Part shown: positions 24,896 to 38,818 of the stretch, piece by piece
How positions within the stretch are numbered: the stretch's first letter is position 1
How the letters are laid out: each line of letters opens with the position of its first letter
NCBI GenBank assembly: GCA_965644295.1
Contig: CBFFRP010000249.1
Coordinates: forward strand, 1-64,000
DNA: 64,000 nucleotides
Direction of reading: 5' to 3'
Source: Paraphysomonas bandaiensis
Lineage: Eukaryota; Protista; Chrysophyceae
Translations under genes and position numbers: made by a program
Notes under the pieces: model-generated
What the model was told of the DNA's origin: nothing
The model's input: only the letters and a program-made list of their open reading frames with translations
Databases searched by the model: none

Positions 24896-26995
24896 CTACA
24901 ACTTCAATGTATTGGACTTAAGCTTCTTTTTGTCTTCTTCTGATTGGCTTTTCATCGTTTTCTTCTGAGAGGCAATTCCTTTATTTACTGTATCCTGTAA
25001 ATGCGAAAAGAATGTTGCAGATTGGGAGAACGTTGATTTCTTATCACTAGCAGAGCCAGGTGCAGCTGTTGTGACCCGTGAGTCCTTGATCGGCCCTCTA
25101 TCTTCAGTAGGATTGTTTTGTTTCTCCAGTTTCCTTTCACGTCTTCTAGTGGCTTTGTTGGCACGACGTAATCTCTGTCTGTCGTCCCTATCGGCCTCCT
25201 CTGGAGCGATGAAAGCAGCAGATCTCCCCCTCTTCTTCTCATATACCTGTTTAACACAATTATATACATACGCAAAAGCTTCTATTCGACAACACTAACC
25301 TGTTCTGGTGCGAGAGTAGACTGGCCACCGCCCTGAGCCATGGGCAATGCATCCTCCATTGATATAGACGGGGTTGCAACAGCAACAGACGAAACAGCCA
25401 TCTCTGATACGGTGGGCTTGGGAGCGAAGTGGAAATGAGACAATGCATCCAGTTGTGAGCACACCTGTCAATATTTACATTCATTACCATAACTACTACT
25501 TGATGGTGCGCTTTCAACATATAGTACCTTTTTAAACTGGGCATAAAGCGCACTGACCGCCTCTGATCTTTGCTTTTCATTCTTATCGTACTGCAATGTT
25601 TGCTTCACAAACTGCTCAGCATACATCTCCCCCAATCCCTTTCGGTCCTTCTCTTGCGAAAGCTCCGGAAGCTCTGTGTCTGTGTAAACCTTATCACCAG
25701 CAGAACTGGTACACAAACAAATACTAACCTCGTTTAGGCGCATCCTCACTCACAGGAACTATATTGTCGAAGCGGGACGCTTTTATTCGCTCAATGATCA
25801 TATCCTCTATTGTTTTTGAGTACTCTTGTGTAATGACCGGTACTGGCTTGGACGCCCTGCACAGACACATAAGTGGTTGCAGACATAGTACAAGTACAAA
25901 CTAACATACCTTTCAACTGATACAGGCAATCCCAATAATGAGTTCTCTGGCCTATCGGACGACTTCACTTCACCCTTAAGATCCCAAGGTTTGGGGGCTA
26001 CAGATGCTTCTTCTAATGCTTTTATTTGGTCTTGAATACGCTGCTTTTTGCGTTGATGAGGGGTTAACGGTTCACCCTCAACATCACCCTCACTTCCTTC
26101 ATCACTCTCATCCTCGACTTCCTCCTCACTTTCATCCTCTTCTTCCTCGTCAGAGGCCTGACTATCTGATCCGAAAAAGTCGTTATACTTTGGGTCATCC
26201 TCATCCTCTTCTCCACTAGAGAGATCATACAACTCCCGCTCTACAAATGCTTCATCGTCCTCCTCATCGTCATCATAATCGTCCTAAAACACACCCATTA
26301 CAACGTAGCAGTTTGCATTCCTAATATTTAAAACACAAATATGGCATCACATACACGACTTTACCATCGCTGGAATAACAACTACTTACCTCTTCAACTG
26401 ATCCTTTGTGACCTTCATTGGCTTTTGCTTCTTTCATTCTCCTTCGTTCCTCCTTTGTTTCAACTTCGTCCAACCAGTTCTCCATCTCCAACTCAGCTTC
26501 GTCATCATCATTTTCATTATCCTCATTCTCATCACTTGACTCCTCCATATCATTGTCATCAGCTTCCATAATCTCATCATCTTCATCCTCCTCCTCATCA
26601 TCATCTTCTTCACTCTCTTGATCAACATCTTCATCACTATCAACAGTAGAATATTCATCTGAACCATCATCTTCAGTAGTATGATCGTCAGACACTGCAG
26701 TCTTACTGGTCATACTATTATCAACATGTGCCTCTTTAAGGCGACGTATAGAGCTCTCTATATACCGATTAAGAGGCCTGTTCCGCACCTGAATCTGTTC
26801 CCAAACACTCTGTGCATCCATCTGATCGACTATCAACTCCGTGAGTGAACCAAACTGTCTGTTCGTTAGCTGCCCGCTTAATTCAAACATAAGTTTAAGT
26901 AAACTCAATAAATCACTAGCATTATCATGTGATGGAGCACAGAATGAGTCGATGTTCTCAATCACAGCATTCAATCGACTTAAGACTTCCTCCAT
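24896..26995 (-). CDS. MPP10: U3 snoRNP protein Mpp10; multi-exon
   Basis: VWEQIQVRN, acidic tracts, KPWDLKGEVKSSDRPENSLL, LSQEKDRKGLGEMY, LDALSHFHFAPKP, ISMEDALP and LAPEQV. Confidence 0.92.
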
Positions 26996-27871
26996 ACTAT
27001 AATCTTCACCCTATCAGACAGACTGGAGGATGGATAGAAGGAACTGCAGAGGAGCCGAGGCTTATATATATATATGTGTGTATGATCATACGGTACGTAT
27101 ACAGACCATAATTAATGGTACGTATAGTACTCACCACACTCCACTCTCAGCCTGTCACTGCCTCCTATATATATATGTACAGGACGCTACATACGGTAGA
27201 AGTGATGGGACAAAAATGTAGAGGATGGGAAATGAGAGTGTAAAAATGTCGAAAAGCAAAATTACTGACAAAAATGTATCACAAAAATGGTGTAAACATC
27301 AACTTTTGGGTGGACAAAATTGTATTTGGGGGTAAAAAATAACCAAATTTACCACAGAGTCATACAGAGAGAGGACATACTTTACATGGCAAGATCATGC
27401 ATATGTACACTGGCTGTCACCTCATCGCTCTATAGCAAGCTGGAGGGCATTGGCTCTAACCTATAATGCGCATGATGTGCTGTCATATGGAAGCCTATCA
27501 AACAAGCTATTGAAATATATATATATATATTACTATTATCTGAGTGATGCAGTCAGTGTCTGGTAGTTAACTCATTCACTTATAGGGAGGTTTACATGTG
27601 CACAGTATCCATACATGAACCAAGCTAGTGGATGACTTCAGGTATTCACAATATGGATAGTAAATTGTTTACAGGGGATTCATTGGCTTCCCAATGCTCG
27701 TATGCGCTCCTGTCTTCGGAGGATGGATATCGTATCAGTCTATTAGTAGTTTAGAATCAGTTTCATAATATGTAGTAGTTAAGTATCCGCTCATTATGTT
27801 GTGGTGAGTAGGACAAAATAGTTGTATATATATATTATCATTGCTAAATAATAAGAAAATAGACATCTGAC

Positions 27872-28051
27872 CAGGGATAGGGAACAATATATTGCAATAC
27901 TATTGTTAGATAGCGTTTCATCAATAGTATTGATGGATTTTATAAACCGGTCCTACAATACAATTACAATATATTGCAATATATTTTCAATGTATTGCAA
28001 TATATTAGTATGACTAATCAGTAGGTAAACACATCCGTAGATTTCATTTTT
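27872..28051 (+). mobile_element. Solo end of the hAT element found at 48870-50194
   Basis: Starts with the TIR cagggatagggaacaatatattg and follows 48870-49050 for ~180 bp with scattered mismatches. Confidence 0.88.
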
Positions 28052-28560
28052 GGTATTACTGCTGCCTCATTAATATCACATGACAACCAAACCAACTGCT
28101 GCTTATAGCTACAACTGTTCCCTATCCCTGCATCTGACTACTTTGCGGAAGTCGTTAATTACCCACTGCCGTTACTGGGTAAGTGAACAACTTAGGCAAG
28201 CCGATACATATTATAATAGTGTATATTGCACAATAAAATATTCCCTAACACAATTCCATCTCAAAGTGTGCGCTCGAATATAGTTTAAAAGTGAAAAGCG
28301 ATTAATTTTACCGCAGTACTACGTGTCATATATCACTCATCATATATCAACGAAGATCTCCCAACGCATGAGCATATATACGATGTCTATTATATAATTC
28401 TGTGTCACGTTCAAATGAAATATTATATTGATTTACGAAATATCGAAAAATAAAAATATCCCCTCTTCACAAAATGTTCAACGACATTATTCCTGGCAAA
28501 AAATAGCAAACATACCACCACCCTTAAAAACGTTATCTACTCATTCAAGCTTGATTTAGC

Positions 28561-29190
28561 TTAATTTCCGCGCTCAAACATACCCATATATATCTTCTTC
28601 TCCTCTTCCTTTTGTGCCTTGTACAGTTGATTCAACTTCTTCATTTCCCTCTTGATTGCATTTACATGGCTGACTTCACTCGTACATGATAGTGCATCCT
28701 TTAGATCAAATGTTGTCAGCAAAATGAGTAAACCCATAATTCACATTACCTCAAACAACGCTTTGGCTGCATCTAGATTTTTCAGTAGCATCTGCGCTTC
28801 ACCTTTACGCAGTTTAGCTTTCCATGAATTAGAATCGATAGCTAAAGCTTTATCACAATGAGAAATAGCTTTATCAAACATATTAGTCTTAATATAACAC
28901 GTTGCAATGTTTTGTCGTAACAGTTTCTCGAGTTCAGTGGCATCTGCTTCCTCTTCATCAGTTGCCTTGGCCCCTTGATCCACCATCTGTGAAGCCATAG
29001 CTAACCACTGTGTCTGTGATCGGCTACTCCCTGGAAAACCAGTAATAAAAGCTAATGCTTTGCCGTATTCGCTTCTTGCTTTACTGAATTTTCCAGCTTT
29101 AAAGAATTCATTTCCTCGATTCTTAAGATCACGAGCAGTTTCAATCTTCTCTTGGATTGAAGAGGGATAAGGGGTTTTCTTATCATCCAT
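28561..29190 (-). CDS. TPR protein (TTC9/FKBP-type 3-TPR); two exons
   Basis: LKNRGNEFFKAGKFSKARSEYGKAL, NIATCYIK and KAKLRKGEA; exon 2 ends EKKIYMGMFERGN*. Confidence 0.85.
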
Positions 29191-29601
29191 TTTAATAGTT
29201 TAATATTAAATTAATGATAGTTACGTGAGAGATGGTCGCAACAGCACTGCTATGTATGTGTATGAGTCTCTATGTAGAGTAATGCAGTGGCTGCATCATC
29301 ATGCACACGCACATCCTTCATATGAAAGAAGAGGCAACGAAATGTCATGAAATTGTGTAGAAAAAGACTCAATTAGACCTAAAATATTCGATTTTTGTAT
29401 GTCTTTCATTTAAATATCCATGGTTTTTAGTTTTGATAAGTAGAAAAGTACATAGATCTAGATACATATGTTTATGTACTGTGAATGTACAGTGTGTGCA
29501 TATGGCAGTGTGGATGCTCATACTTAACGTGCAGTATGCTCCATGTCCATCTGCATAGCATGGTCGATACATATCCTCATTAACCACATCAATCCACTGC
29601 A

Positions 29602-30981
29602 ATGCACATATGTATCCTCTTCTTATTCCCTCTCTATCTGCATATCAATAACGCCAAACAACTGAGTGATAATAAGAGAGTCGATGTATCGCCTTATGAC
29701 TATGTAAAGCACGCATCTATTGCAAGTAATTTGTCATATGCTCCATCCCCATGTGGTAGACGACACGATGGGAAATACTGGTGCATGCCTGATCTCTATC
29801 TCATCGGTGTATCGAAGGCTGGCACGAGTTCAATGGCAATGCACCTCAACAATCATCACTGTATTACGGGTGCTAAGAACGGCAGGAAATATGAAGGGCA
29901 CTTCTTTGATACTAAACCTGAAGTTAAACTCAGTGATGCACAAACTGGACTTAGAAGCTTGTATAATCGCCCCATGATAATGGACTTTACCCCGAACTAC
30001 CTCTCTGTGGACTCTGTACCACGTCTTATACGCTCACTCTATGACCCGGACATAGCAAATAAGCTGAAGTTTATAGTGGCACTTCGTGAACCTGTAAGTC
30101 GAACGATAAGCTCTTGGCTTTACAAGAAGAATTCCCATCCGAATTTGCCAGACTTTGCTAGTTCTGTCAGAGGCGGCATGAAAGAGGGCAAGTGTATTGA
30201 AAAATGCTACAGCATGGGGCAGGGAAACAAAGATATTGAAAAATTCGAAAAGTGTGAAATAGCACACTGCGTAGATCGAATAATGAGCTCTCATGTTGTG
30301 AAGTCAATGTAAGTATTTGGTTAATTAAAATGAATCAGTGATTGATCTTTGGATAGGTACTTCTACCAGCTACTCGTATGGTTCAGGTAATCGAAGTTGC
30401 TCACTTAATACTCTCGAAATTAAAAATAATATCGAACAGATATTTCTCTCCTGATCAATTTTTCATATATACGATTGAACGGTTCATAAGTGAACCACTG
30501 CAGGTTGTTGTATGTGTGGTTGTGTGCCCTTGATTTTGACTAGTATGTCATGCTCAGGTATATAGAGATATCATTACATTTTTGGATATCCCTATGTACA
30601 ACAGGAGAAAGGTTTGTTTTAATATATGTATGTTGTATACTATTTCTGAGTTTCTATTTTTCGTAGAATGTGATTACTTGTGGGAGTGCTGCAAAACGTA
30701 ACGTTCGCGGATTTAAGAACGAAACTGATTTATTATGTGCTATCAACGAAAGAGTCAATAGTAACAGGTGAGGAGGGTCCGTGAATTGTATTATATTTCG
30801 TGTACCTGTAATTACAACGATATAATTTATATATGTTAGAGCAAAAGCAGATCTGATTGAGCAGACAAAGGACGAAGCCCTGATTAGAAAACTTCAGAAA
30901 TTTTATGAACCACATAATATATTACTTGATAAACTGCTCGTGGCTGTCGGGAAAAATGTGTCTGGTTACTCTCCGAATTAG
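29602..30981 (+). CDS. PAPS-dependent sulfotransferase (heparan-sulfate 3-O-ST-like); multi-exon 3' half
   Basis: 5'-PSB LYLIGVSKAGTSSM, DFTPNYL, 3'-PB KFIVALREPVSRTISSW, C-terminal LQKFYEPHN; hydrophobic N-terminus. Confidence 0.85.
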
Positions 30982-31786
30982 TAAGGAATCTAATGCTGGT
31001 GACAGTACTCCGATTTAAATTTTATGTATTTTTGTGACCTTTGCTATATACTACTGTCGTAAATCTTATAATCGATATGATATTGCTGTTGTCGAAATAT
31101 GCTGTATTTAGACTGGCCCTTAAGTATATTGAAATTATATTGTGTAATCGAATGAAATAAGAGTGTGCTATGTGTAAAGTGGGCCTCTAATACGAAAGAA
31201 TGACTCTAATAACTTAGAAATTAAATTAAGTTGTTTTCTGATAGATAGATGTCTGTTAAATATATTCATGGATTGACTGGTGAACATATGTAACGGTGAA
31301 CAGCTGTGTACTGTGATACATGAATATTATATGAGGTAATCAGCATAATACTTATAGCTCTTTCTAGGATGTACAACGCATATTCACCAGAATAAGGCCA
31401 AAGTTTAACGTAATGGAAAGTTTACTCAGTGGTATGCTCAACTCCAACACCTACTATTGACAATAAACAATATACTAGAATAAAATATATATCATTTTAC
31501 GCATACACGCATGATGTAGAGCTGACAGCATTGTAATATCAATAGGCAGTAGGCAGAGGGGCGCAATTTTATTCTTATAAATATCGAGCTAAAGTCTTTT
31601 ATAATACGTAAAAGTTATCTTGCAAATAGCCAACGTATATTCGTCAATTCGTCTGATGTTTGCACTAAGAACTAAGACTATTCTAGGTTACAGATACAGA
31701 AGTAGTGTCAAGTAGAGAGAGATTCAGCCATACTTAATGAAAACACTGGAGCATAAATAGTATATAAATTAAATTTACAGAAAATC

Positions 31787-32842
31787 TTAAAGCTTAAGGA
31801 GATAATTTTTTTCAAATACGTCCGCTCCATTCGAGTCCGTTATGCCTACAAGAGAGGAACCGGCAACAGACTTTGACGCGCCAGCTGCATCACCAGATCC
31901 TATGTGTGTGTGTGGAAATTTTCGATCACATCCAGGTTCGTCACAATAGGACCCTTCCTCCGGTTGCGTTTCTAATTCTCCAGATAATTCTAATTCGGTA
32001 TCATCATTAAGCAAATCATATTGTAACCGGAGGACAGCTTCATTTTCTCGAAATAGCATATGGTCATGGTCTAGGTGTTTTTCAATCTCAGATATCAACA
32101 TCACATTCCCCCCTGCATCGAAGCGCTGTATATCGGTAATGCTACTGGTCACTTCTCCCCGCTTTACACAAATAATACAAGGGACAGCAATTTCCGAAAC
32201 GGAGAGAGCATGTAAAAGAGGTCCACTTTCAGAAACCAGTATACGGCGAAATGCAGTGCCCAGGTAAACTCGTGCCATTGACTCCATAGCGAGATCCAGA
32301 CTGGCACATAATCGCTCATCTGGACTGCATACATGAATCACAAATGGCGCAAAACTACTCTTTACAAGATCCAGTAAATGAGTTGCTGACTCCTGTATGT
32401 GAATACCAAATCCCAATAAAGAATGGTTTTCAATTGTGATAGCAGCGGTTTTGGCTTGCTCAAGTCTCAGCTTTTCAGACGGCGAAATGTAATCATCCAA
32501 CATATCTAAGTCATCATCACTGTCACTGCCACATGAGGACGCGTCCCTCTCATCACCATATGTATGGTGTGGGTCCCTACCATTCATAGCACTCTGCTGC
32601 TCCTGACGGAGTAATGATAAGAGGTGATACTCTTGTACATGCCCACAACATCCACAATGAGAGTTATCATGTATAGTTGTGAATACAGAGTCTCTCATCC
32701 TGTGTCTCTTATTCGACCGATCATACATACGTATCTTCTCTTTAAAGGCCGCCTCTTTCCTCTGTTGAAGGATCTCTTTCTGGCAACAGGGTTCTAATTC
32801 CTCGAATGGAAGGCATATGTTTCTATCCACACCTTTTTCCAT
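31787..32842 (-). CDS. Phosducin-like/thioredoxin-fold protein with Cys/His-rich termini
   Basis: Acidic DSDDDLD, VIHVCSPDERLCASLDLAMESMARVYLGTAFRRI, VPCIICVKRG; C-terminal CDEPGCDRKFPHTH. Confidence 0.7.
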   Translation of the reverse strand: MEKGVDRNICLPFEELEPCCQKEILQQRKEAAFKEKIRMYDRSNKRHRMRDSVFTTIHDNSHCGCCGHVQEYHLLSLLRQEQQSAMNGRDPHHTYGDERDASSCGSDSDDDLDMLDDYISPSEKLRLEQAKTAAITIENHSLLGFGIHIQESATHLLDLVKSSFAPFVIHVCSPDERLCASLDLAMESMARVYLGTAFRRILVSESGPLLHALSVSEIAVPCIICVKRGEVTSSITDIQRFDAGGNVMLISEIEKHLDHDHMLFRENEAVLRLQYDLLNDDTELELSGELETQPEEGSYCDEPGCDRKFPHTHIGSGDAAGASKSVAGSSLVGITDSNGADVFEKNYLLKL

Positions 32843-33332
32843 GGTGTTAATATGATCTATAGGTAGATGGCACCTGCTGGTATATGTATGTATGTATATA
32901 TGATGCTGTGGCCACCGCTCTTGTCGTGTACTGTGAGCTATACTGTTTCTCTACGAATATTTAGACAACAAATCGAAAAAGCTACTTTTATTACACACTA
33001 ATATTAAGTTTTTATAATAAAGTTGACATTTTCACAGTTTCTGGAAATTTAAACATGGATTTTCTGGAAGCCTTGTACAGTACATAGGGAATATATATGA
33101 AGTGGAAACTTACGAAATTATCCAATAGTATACTCGCAATAGTGTAGAAATTGTTGTTATTGGCTGCATAAATGAAGACAACAATAAAGTGTGCATATAT
33201 ATAGCTACAGAGCTCGACTTCACTGTTAGTATGAGGCATATATACATACATATATATATGGGCCACTTAACCATAGTATGATTGCTAGAGTCTAATTCCA
33301 CCCCTCCCCTCATTGTCCACTCCATCCATCTC

Positions 33333-36300
33333 ATGACTCCCAATCCTCTTCATCTCCTTACTTCTCTACTTCTATTACTCTTCACATACAGCAAAACAGA
33401 TACAAGAGTCATCACTCTGTTCACACCCCATAAACCAGGTGATAATATCGGTCAATTCCGTCTACAACAACGACTGGATATACTTGGAGTAGAGAAGTCT
33501 TATGTCAGTGATTACGGTGTGGGGTTACTGCCGAATGGGGTCCATTACACGAACAAGTACCTGCCGGAGCCAGTAGCCCCTGATGACTACATCATATACT
33601 CACATGATCATGATATCAGTACATTAGAAGAGGTATATATTGATGCCAATGATGAATCTATTAAAAATGGTCAATTTTATCTTGATAAAAAAATATTTTT
33701 GGGTGGACATGGAGAAATATGGCTTGCGAGAGAAGTACTTGACAATGGTAGTATTGATACTAATCACTCCTTTGTGTTGAAAAGAATGCACTTCAAGAAT
33801 CGGCCTGAAATACTGCGCTGTGCATTAAGAGAGATTTATTTCGGGGAGCTGTTGAAAAATAACCCCCGAGTTGCTCGACTTGTGACCCACTTTCGAAACG
33901 ACGATGACTACTGGCTTGTGTTTAGAGATGAAGGGGTATCTCTGCAGCACTTGCTCTATGCCCTTACTGTCAACAAAGGGAATGTTGTCCTTGAACCATC
34001 AGCAATATGGCGCAACATGCGCACCACTCGGCGAGGACATGATTCCATGAGAAGCATCCTGTACCAGATAATATCTGGTGTATCAAGTCTGCATGCAAGG
34101 GGGATCGTCCATCGAGTGGGTAACATCTATGCTTTGCTTCAGAACCTTCACTGTAATATGTAGGACGTCAAGCCGTCGAATATTCTGATCAATGCCCACG
34201 GAGATGGTACAGGGAACAGCCGTACCCGGTTACTGGTTGCGGATTTCTCATCGGCAGTGAGTGACGAAGCCCTCACGCAAAGCATGTATGGTCCACATGG
34301 ACCTACTATTGATGAGGTAGCTCTATGCGTTATATATATATAAGTTAAGGCTATAATGATTTCCCGGTGTTTAAATTGGATATTAGTATAGACATGTATT
34401 CTGTCGTTTGATAGCGTATATACCGTTCTTCTATGACATATGTAATTAGGAGAGTGAGCAATATATGCCGCCGGAAGTACTGTTCAGTTGTACTGGATTG
34501 ACTGATATGTGTACTCCTACGCCATATGCTGATGGAAATAGGCGATCTTATGACTCATGGTCAATCGGTATGTGCTTGGTGGATATTCTTTGATACAGAA
34601 ACAGTACGATTATTGTTTACCATATGTATATGACCAGGAGTGCTGTTTGCCGAGATGATTCTAGGAACCGCGGATGTGTTTAGTGTAGACCAAAGGACTG
34701 CAGCACTAATAAGGCACCGCATGCGGCTGGCTGACAAGACGGTTGTTGAAGATGCCCTTAAACTCGCTGCCATGGCAGAGTGGTGTATATACGCTGGACC
34801 TGTGGAAGGAACGCGTGAAGATGACGAGGATGATACAGGCGACGAATCTATCAGGAGTGTCGCTAGAAGTTACAGCGCATCTGACAGTGCCCTCCGCAGA
34901 GAGTGGTCGAGTCCAAGTGAGGAAAAACAAGGCTTTAGACGCAAGCAGACTTCAACTGAGAGAGCTGCCAGTGTTCTAAAGTTGTCTGCAGTCTCTGATC
35001 AATATTTGAGACCTACTGCAGCACCTTCTATGTGTGGAATTGATCAACTCAAGCGAGCTCTGCAGCGTCGAGATCCATTGGGTACTGGCTACTCTAATGA
35101 ATACGGCCTTGATTTACTATCCAGGCTACTTAAATGGAACCCCAACGAGCGCATTGGGCTGATAGAGGCACTTTCACATGCATATTTTGTCGGTAAGGAG
35201 TGTAAATTGACATCCTGTAGGATTGTGTAGAAATATTTCTTGAGTTATGTCGCTGATATTATTGCGATGTGTCTGGTGTCTATAGGTCCATATGTCAGTA
35301 TTATCGATGGTTCTGAACACATGACAAAGGCGGACTTGGATATGCATGACAGTTCGATAGTTACGACAGACCCATCGTTGTGGAGTGAGGCTGATGAAGC
35401 AAGTTTCGATCTGGATGATGATTCAAGCGAGATTTTAGATGACGAAAGTGTGTTGCAACTTTATGATAGCAGTGATATTATGTACGATGAAGAGGATTAT
35501 GCCTATAGAGTCGATGCATTGTATGGAATAGATTCCCTAGCTAACCAGGTTAATCAACTTATGAATCCGGTATCACAACCAGTAGCGGATGACATTACAG
35601 CGGGAGTTCCGTACACGCTTAGTCGGTCTCATATTCGACAACATATTGCTGCGAATCACACGTGGCGGGTTGGCCACAAGTTGGATAGTCAGTACTCCTC
35701 GGGGTCGATGAGCGAAGAATCCACGCCTCCACATTGCTTGGAAATTCCTGGCACCGTGGGCGAGAGTCATGATTGTGCCAGTGACCACACGCATACCCCA
35801 GATGTCGCAAGCCAGCTAGTGTACAGGTGTCCAAAGTGTAATAGGAGTTTCACTGGCAATTGGCAATCTTGCCACGCACACCTTACATCCAGAAAGCACG
35901 GAAGACGGTGTATCTATGATACTTCTTCCCAGCATATTTCACTTCCTACCTGTTTGTCATCTCATGCTCTTCTTCCTTTGGATCCTCAGTCTGGGTGGTG
36001 TGATCTACAAGGAAGAAGAAAACATATTGAAGATGCCCACACAGTTGTATTTGCCCAGCACTACAAACTCTTTGGTGTGCTGGATGGGCATTGGGGTAGC
36101 AGCGCGGCAAAGTTTACATCACATCATCTTCCTGTTCTGTTTGAGAAGAATATGCGATCTAATAACCACTCCGATAATTTGTCGTTGAATCGGCTTGACG
36201 ACAACATGGAATCGCTTCCTGCTTCGGCTGTTTGGCGAGAGGCGTACCGTGTAAAGGACTATAGCGTTGACATAGTAAGTCCTTTTCAAGGTCGCAGTGC

Positions 36301-37114
36301 ATCGGGATTAAGTATTGCTGAAACTATACTCTCTCTAGAAGATGCTTTTGTTATGACTGACCTAGATTTTGTATCTGCCCTATATCCAGATGATACTGAT
36401 GAACGAAGCGGCACAACAGCCACTGTCACCGTCCTTTTCGACGAGTTTATAGTGGTTGGAAATATAGGCGACTCTAGGGCTGTATTGTGCTGTGATGTGG
36501 GTGGGAAGTCGATTCAGTTGACTGTTGATCACACTCCTTATGTACCTGAAGAGCGAGATCGCGTAGTGGCAGCTGGGGGATATGTAGAAACGCATGGTGT
36601 TCAAAGAGTCAACGGACAGCTTGCTGTTACACGATCAATCGGGGACAAACAACTTGGTTCTGTCCTTTCATCTCATCCGGATATAGTTGTTTTTCATAGA
36701 TTTCCAAGACAAATGCATGCTACACTTGACGCAAATGACGTGAGCGACACCTTCATGCAGTCAGATATGTGGAAGTTGCCTATATGCGAACAACTCATGA
36801 AAAGCAGAAGTGACGTTTCAAGTACTGGAATAGGGAGTAATAGAATGGTTCCACAACAACAGTTCCTTATCCTCGGGTCGGATGGCCTATGGGATGTGAT
36901 AAGTAATCAAGACGCCGTTGAATTTGTATGTGAGTCGCTTGTACTTCAGCTCAATGCTACCATCCACACCACTGGTGAAGGACCAACAAAGCAGTTACAT
37001 CTACCCGTAGATGCTTTTCACACTGCTGCTAGAGAACTGGCACTGGAGGCATATATTAGGGGCAGCATGGATAATATTGGAGTCTGTGTGATTGACTTGT
37101 TTATTGATGTATAA
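33333..37114 (+). CDS. Ser/Thr kinase - C2H2 zinc finger - PP2C phosphatase fusion with a signal-peptide-like N-terminus; multi-exon
   Basis: GGHGEIW, VLKRM, HR|DVKPSN, ADFS, YMPPE, YDSWSIG; CPKC...H...H at ~35828-35900; GRRKHIED, VLDGHWG, SGTTA, NIGDSRAV, LAVTRSIGD, LGSDGLWD, GSMDNI. Confidence 0.9.
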
Positions 37115-38818
37115 TTATTAATTGTAAAAATGCTTGGTATATAGTCGCACTTTTCAAAAATAGCAAATTTCTTCCTGTATTATATTGGTTTACATCCAGT
37201 ATTGAGTTTTTCATAAATGAAGAACTCGGTTCACTGTTGAATAGAGAGTAAAGTGCTAATCCTTGATTATTGTAATGGTGTGCGAAGTCGTGGTGTATTT
37301 GATTAAATGTGACCGAGTATATATTAAAAATGAAGTAATATAGTAGTAGGGTTGACAGTTACAGCCATCAATAGGGGATATAATAGGGTAGTATGTAGAA
37401 CAACGTCTTATAAAGAAATATAAAATACACAAGTCTTGTAATCTTTAGTAGAGCACGGTTACTAAAAGCTTAGAAATGGACAAAAGGGAATAAGTAGTGT
37501 TGTAAAGGAATGAATAGTACATTTATATATCAGCCAAGATTGCTATGTTGCTCTTTGTGTGGCTTGTAGCCTAGGTATAAGTAAGAAGGAGTCGTCAATA
37601 GTGTGGCAGGGTAGTACTCCACATTACCCTTTATTACTACGCGTTATGTAGCCGCCGCATGAATATGCAGACTAAAATACTCAGTTAAAAACATGAAAAC
37701 TGTTAACTATATATATAAATGTATATTATCTAACGTGCCAGTCATGTATGAGAAAAATTATAGATTACCAGAAGGAAGTTGTGAAAAAAGGAGCCACAGC
37801 GATAAGTTAAGACGCTATTATCTCAGTACACATCTATCAGGATCTGGATAGAGGTCATTGTCTGCAGTTACACACTACTTCCCTATGCCCCTCGATATCA
37901 TTTGTCCTCTTATCACAGCATGCCCTATCCATAACATTTTACACAGTCATCTCTTCTACTCAGATGTCCACTTACAAATCGACATACTAAAGCATCGAAA
38001 TCATGACTTATATCCATTTACATGTGTATATGTTCATATATGTGGGGGTATGATGTATAGGTAAGTGAATACTTCCACTCGTACCTGGCTATGCAACTGC
38101 AACATGCAACATATCATGTTGAGGGTGAATAATACAATACTACATCGAAGTACACCAAACACAGCATGAAGCTTTGTTCAGTGTAATGGAGTAAGTCAAT
38201 TGTGTGGATCAACAGTATGTCTGTGTTATTCGTGTGTACTTGAGATGTGGTATATTATATAATTGCTCTAGATGGGTAGTTAAGAGCTCTGTGAGCCGTT
38301 GGTTATTCCTATATGCAATTTGTGGCTATGAACAGACTATTGCTAGGTAAAGATTGATGAAGCTAATCAGAATTCAATAATAACCATGGATTATCGCAGG
38401 AGTTTGCTAAGTGATATGCATATATAGTGCAACTGGCTTTCGATCACTACTTTGCAATGGGACATACAGTCATGCATGTACAAGTATGTCCTTCATTCCC
38501 TCCTTCATACTCAAAAAACACATAAACCCCATATTTTGTGGTCTATAAACTAGGATTATCAAACTCCATGGGTCCAAAATCTGGGGATTATACAGTATAT
38601 AGACAGCAGCGTATCGGCATCCTTTGTGTTTTTGTTCCAGATGCCTCTAATATTGAGTCAACAATTATGTGTATTCCAGCCGTAGTTGTATTGCAGTATT
38701 ATAGACTAATTTTGTTTCAATTTATTTCCGAAAAATAAGATGCAGACTACCGATACGAGCTGTGTGTTAGTATGCATCATATATATATACACAGTAGCCA
38801 AGAGTTCATTATCTAACC

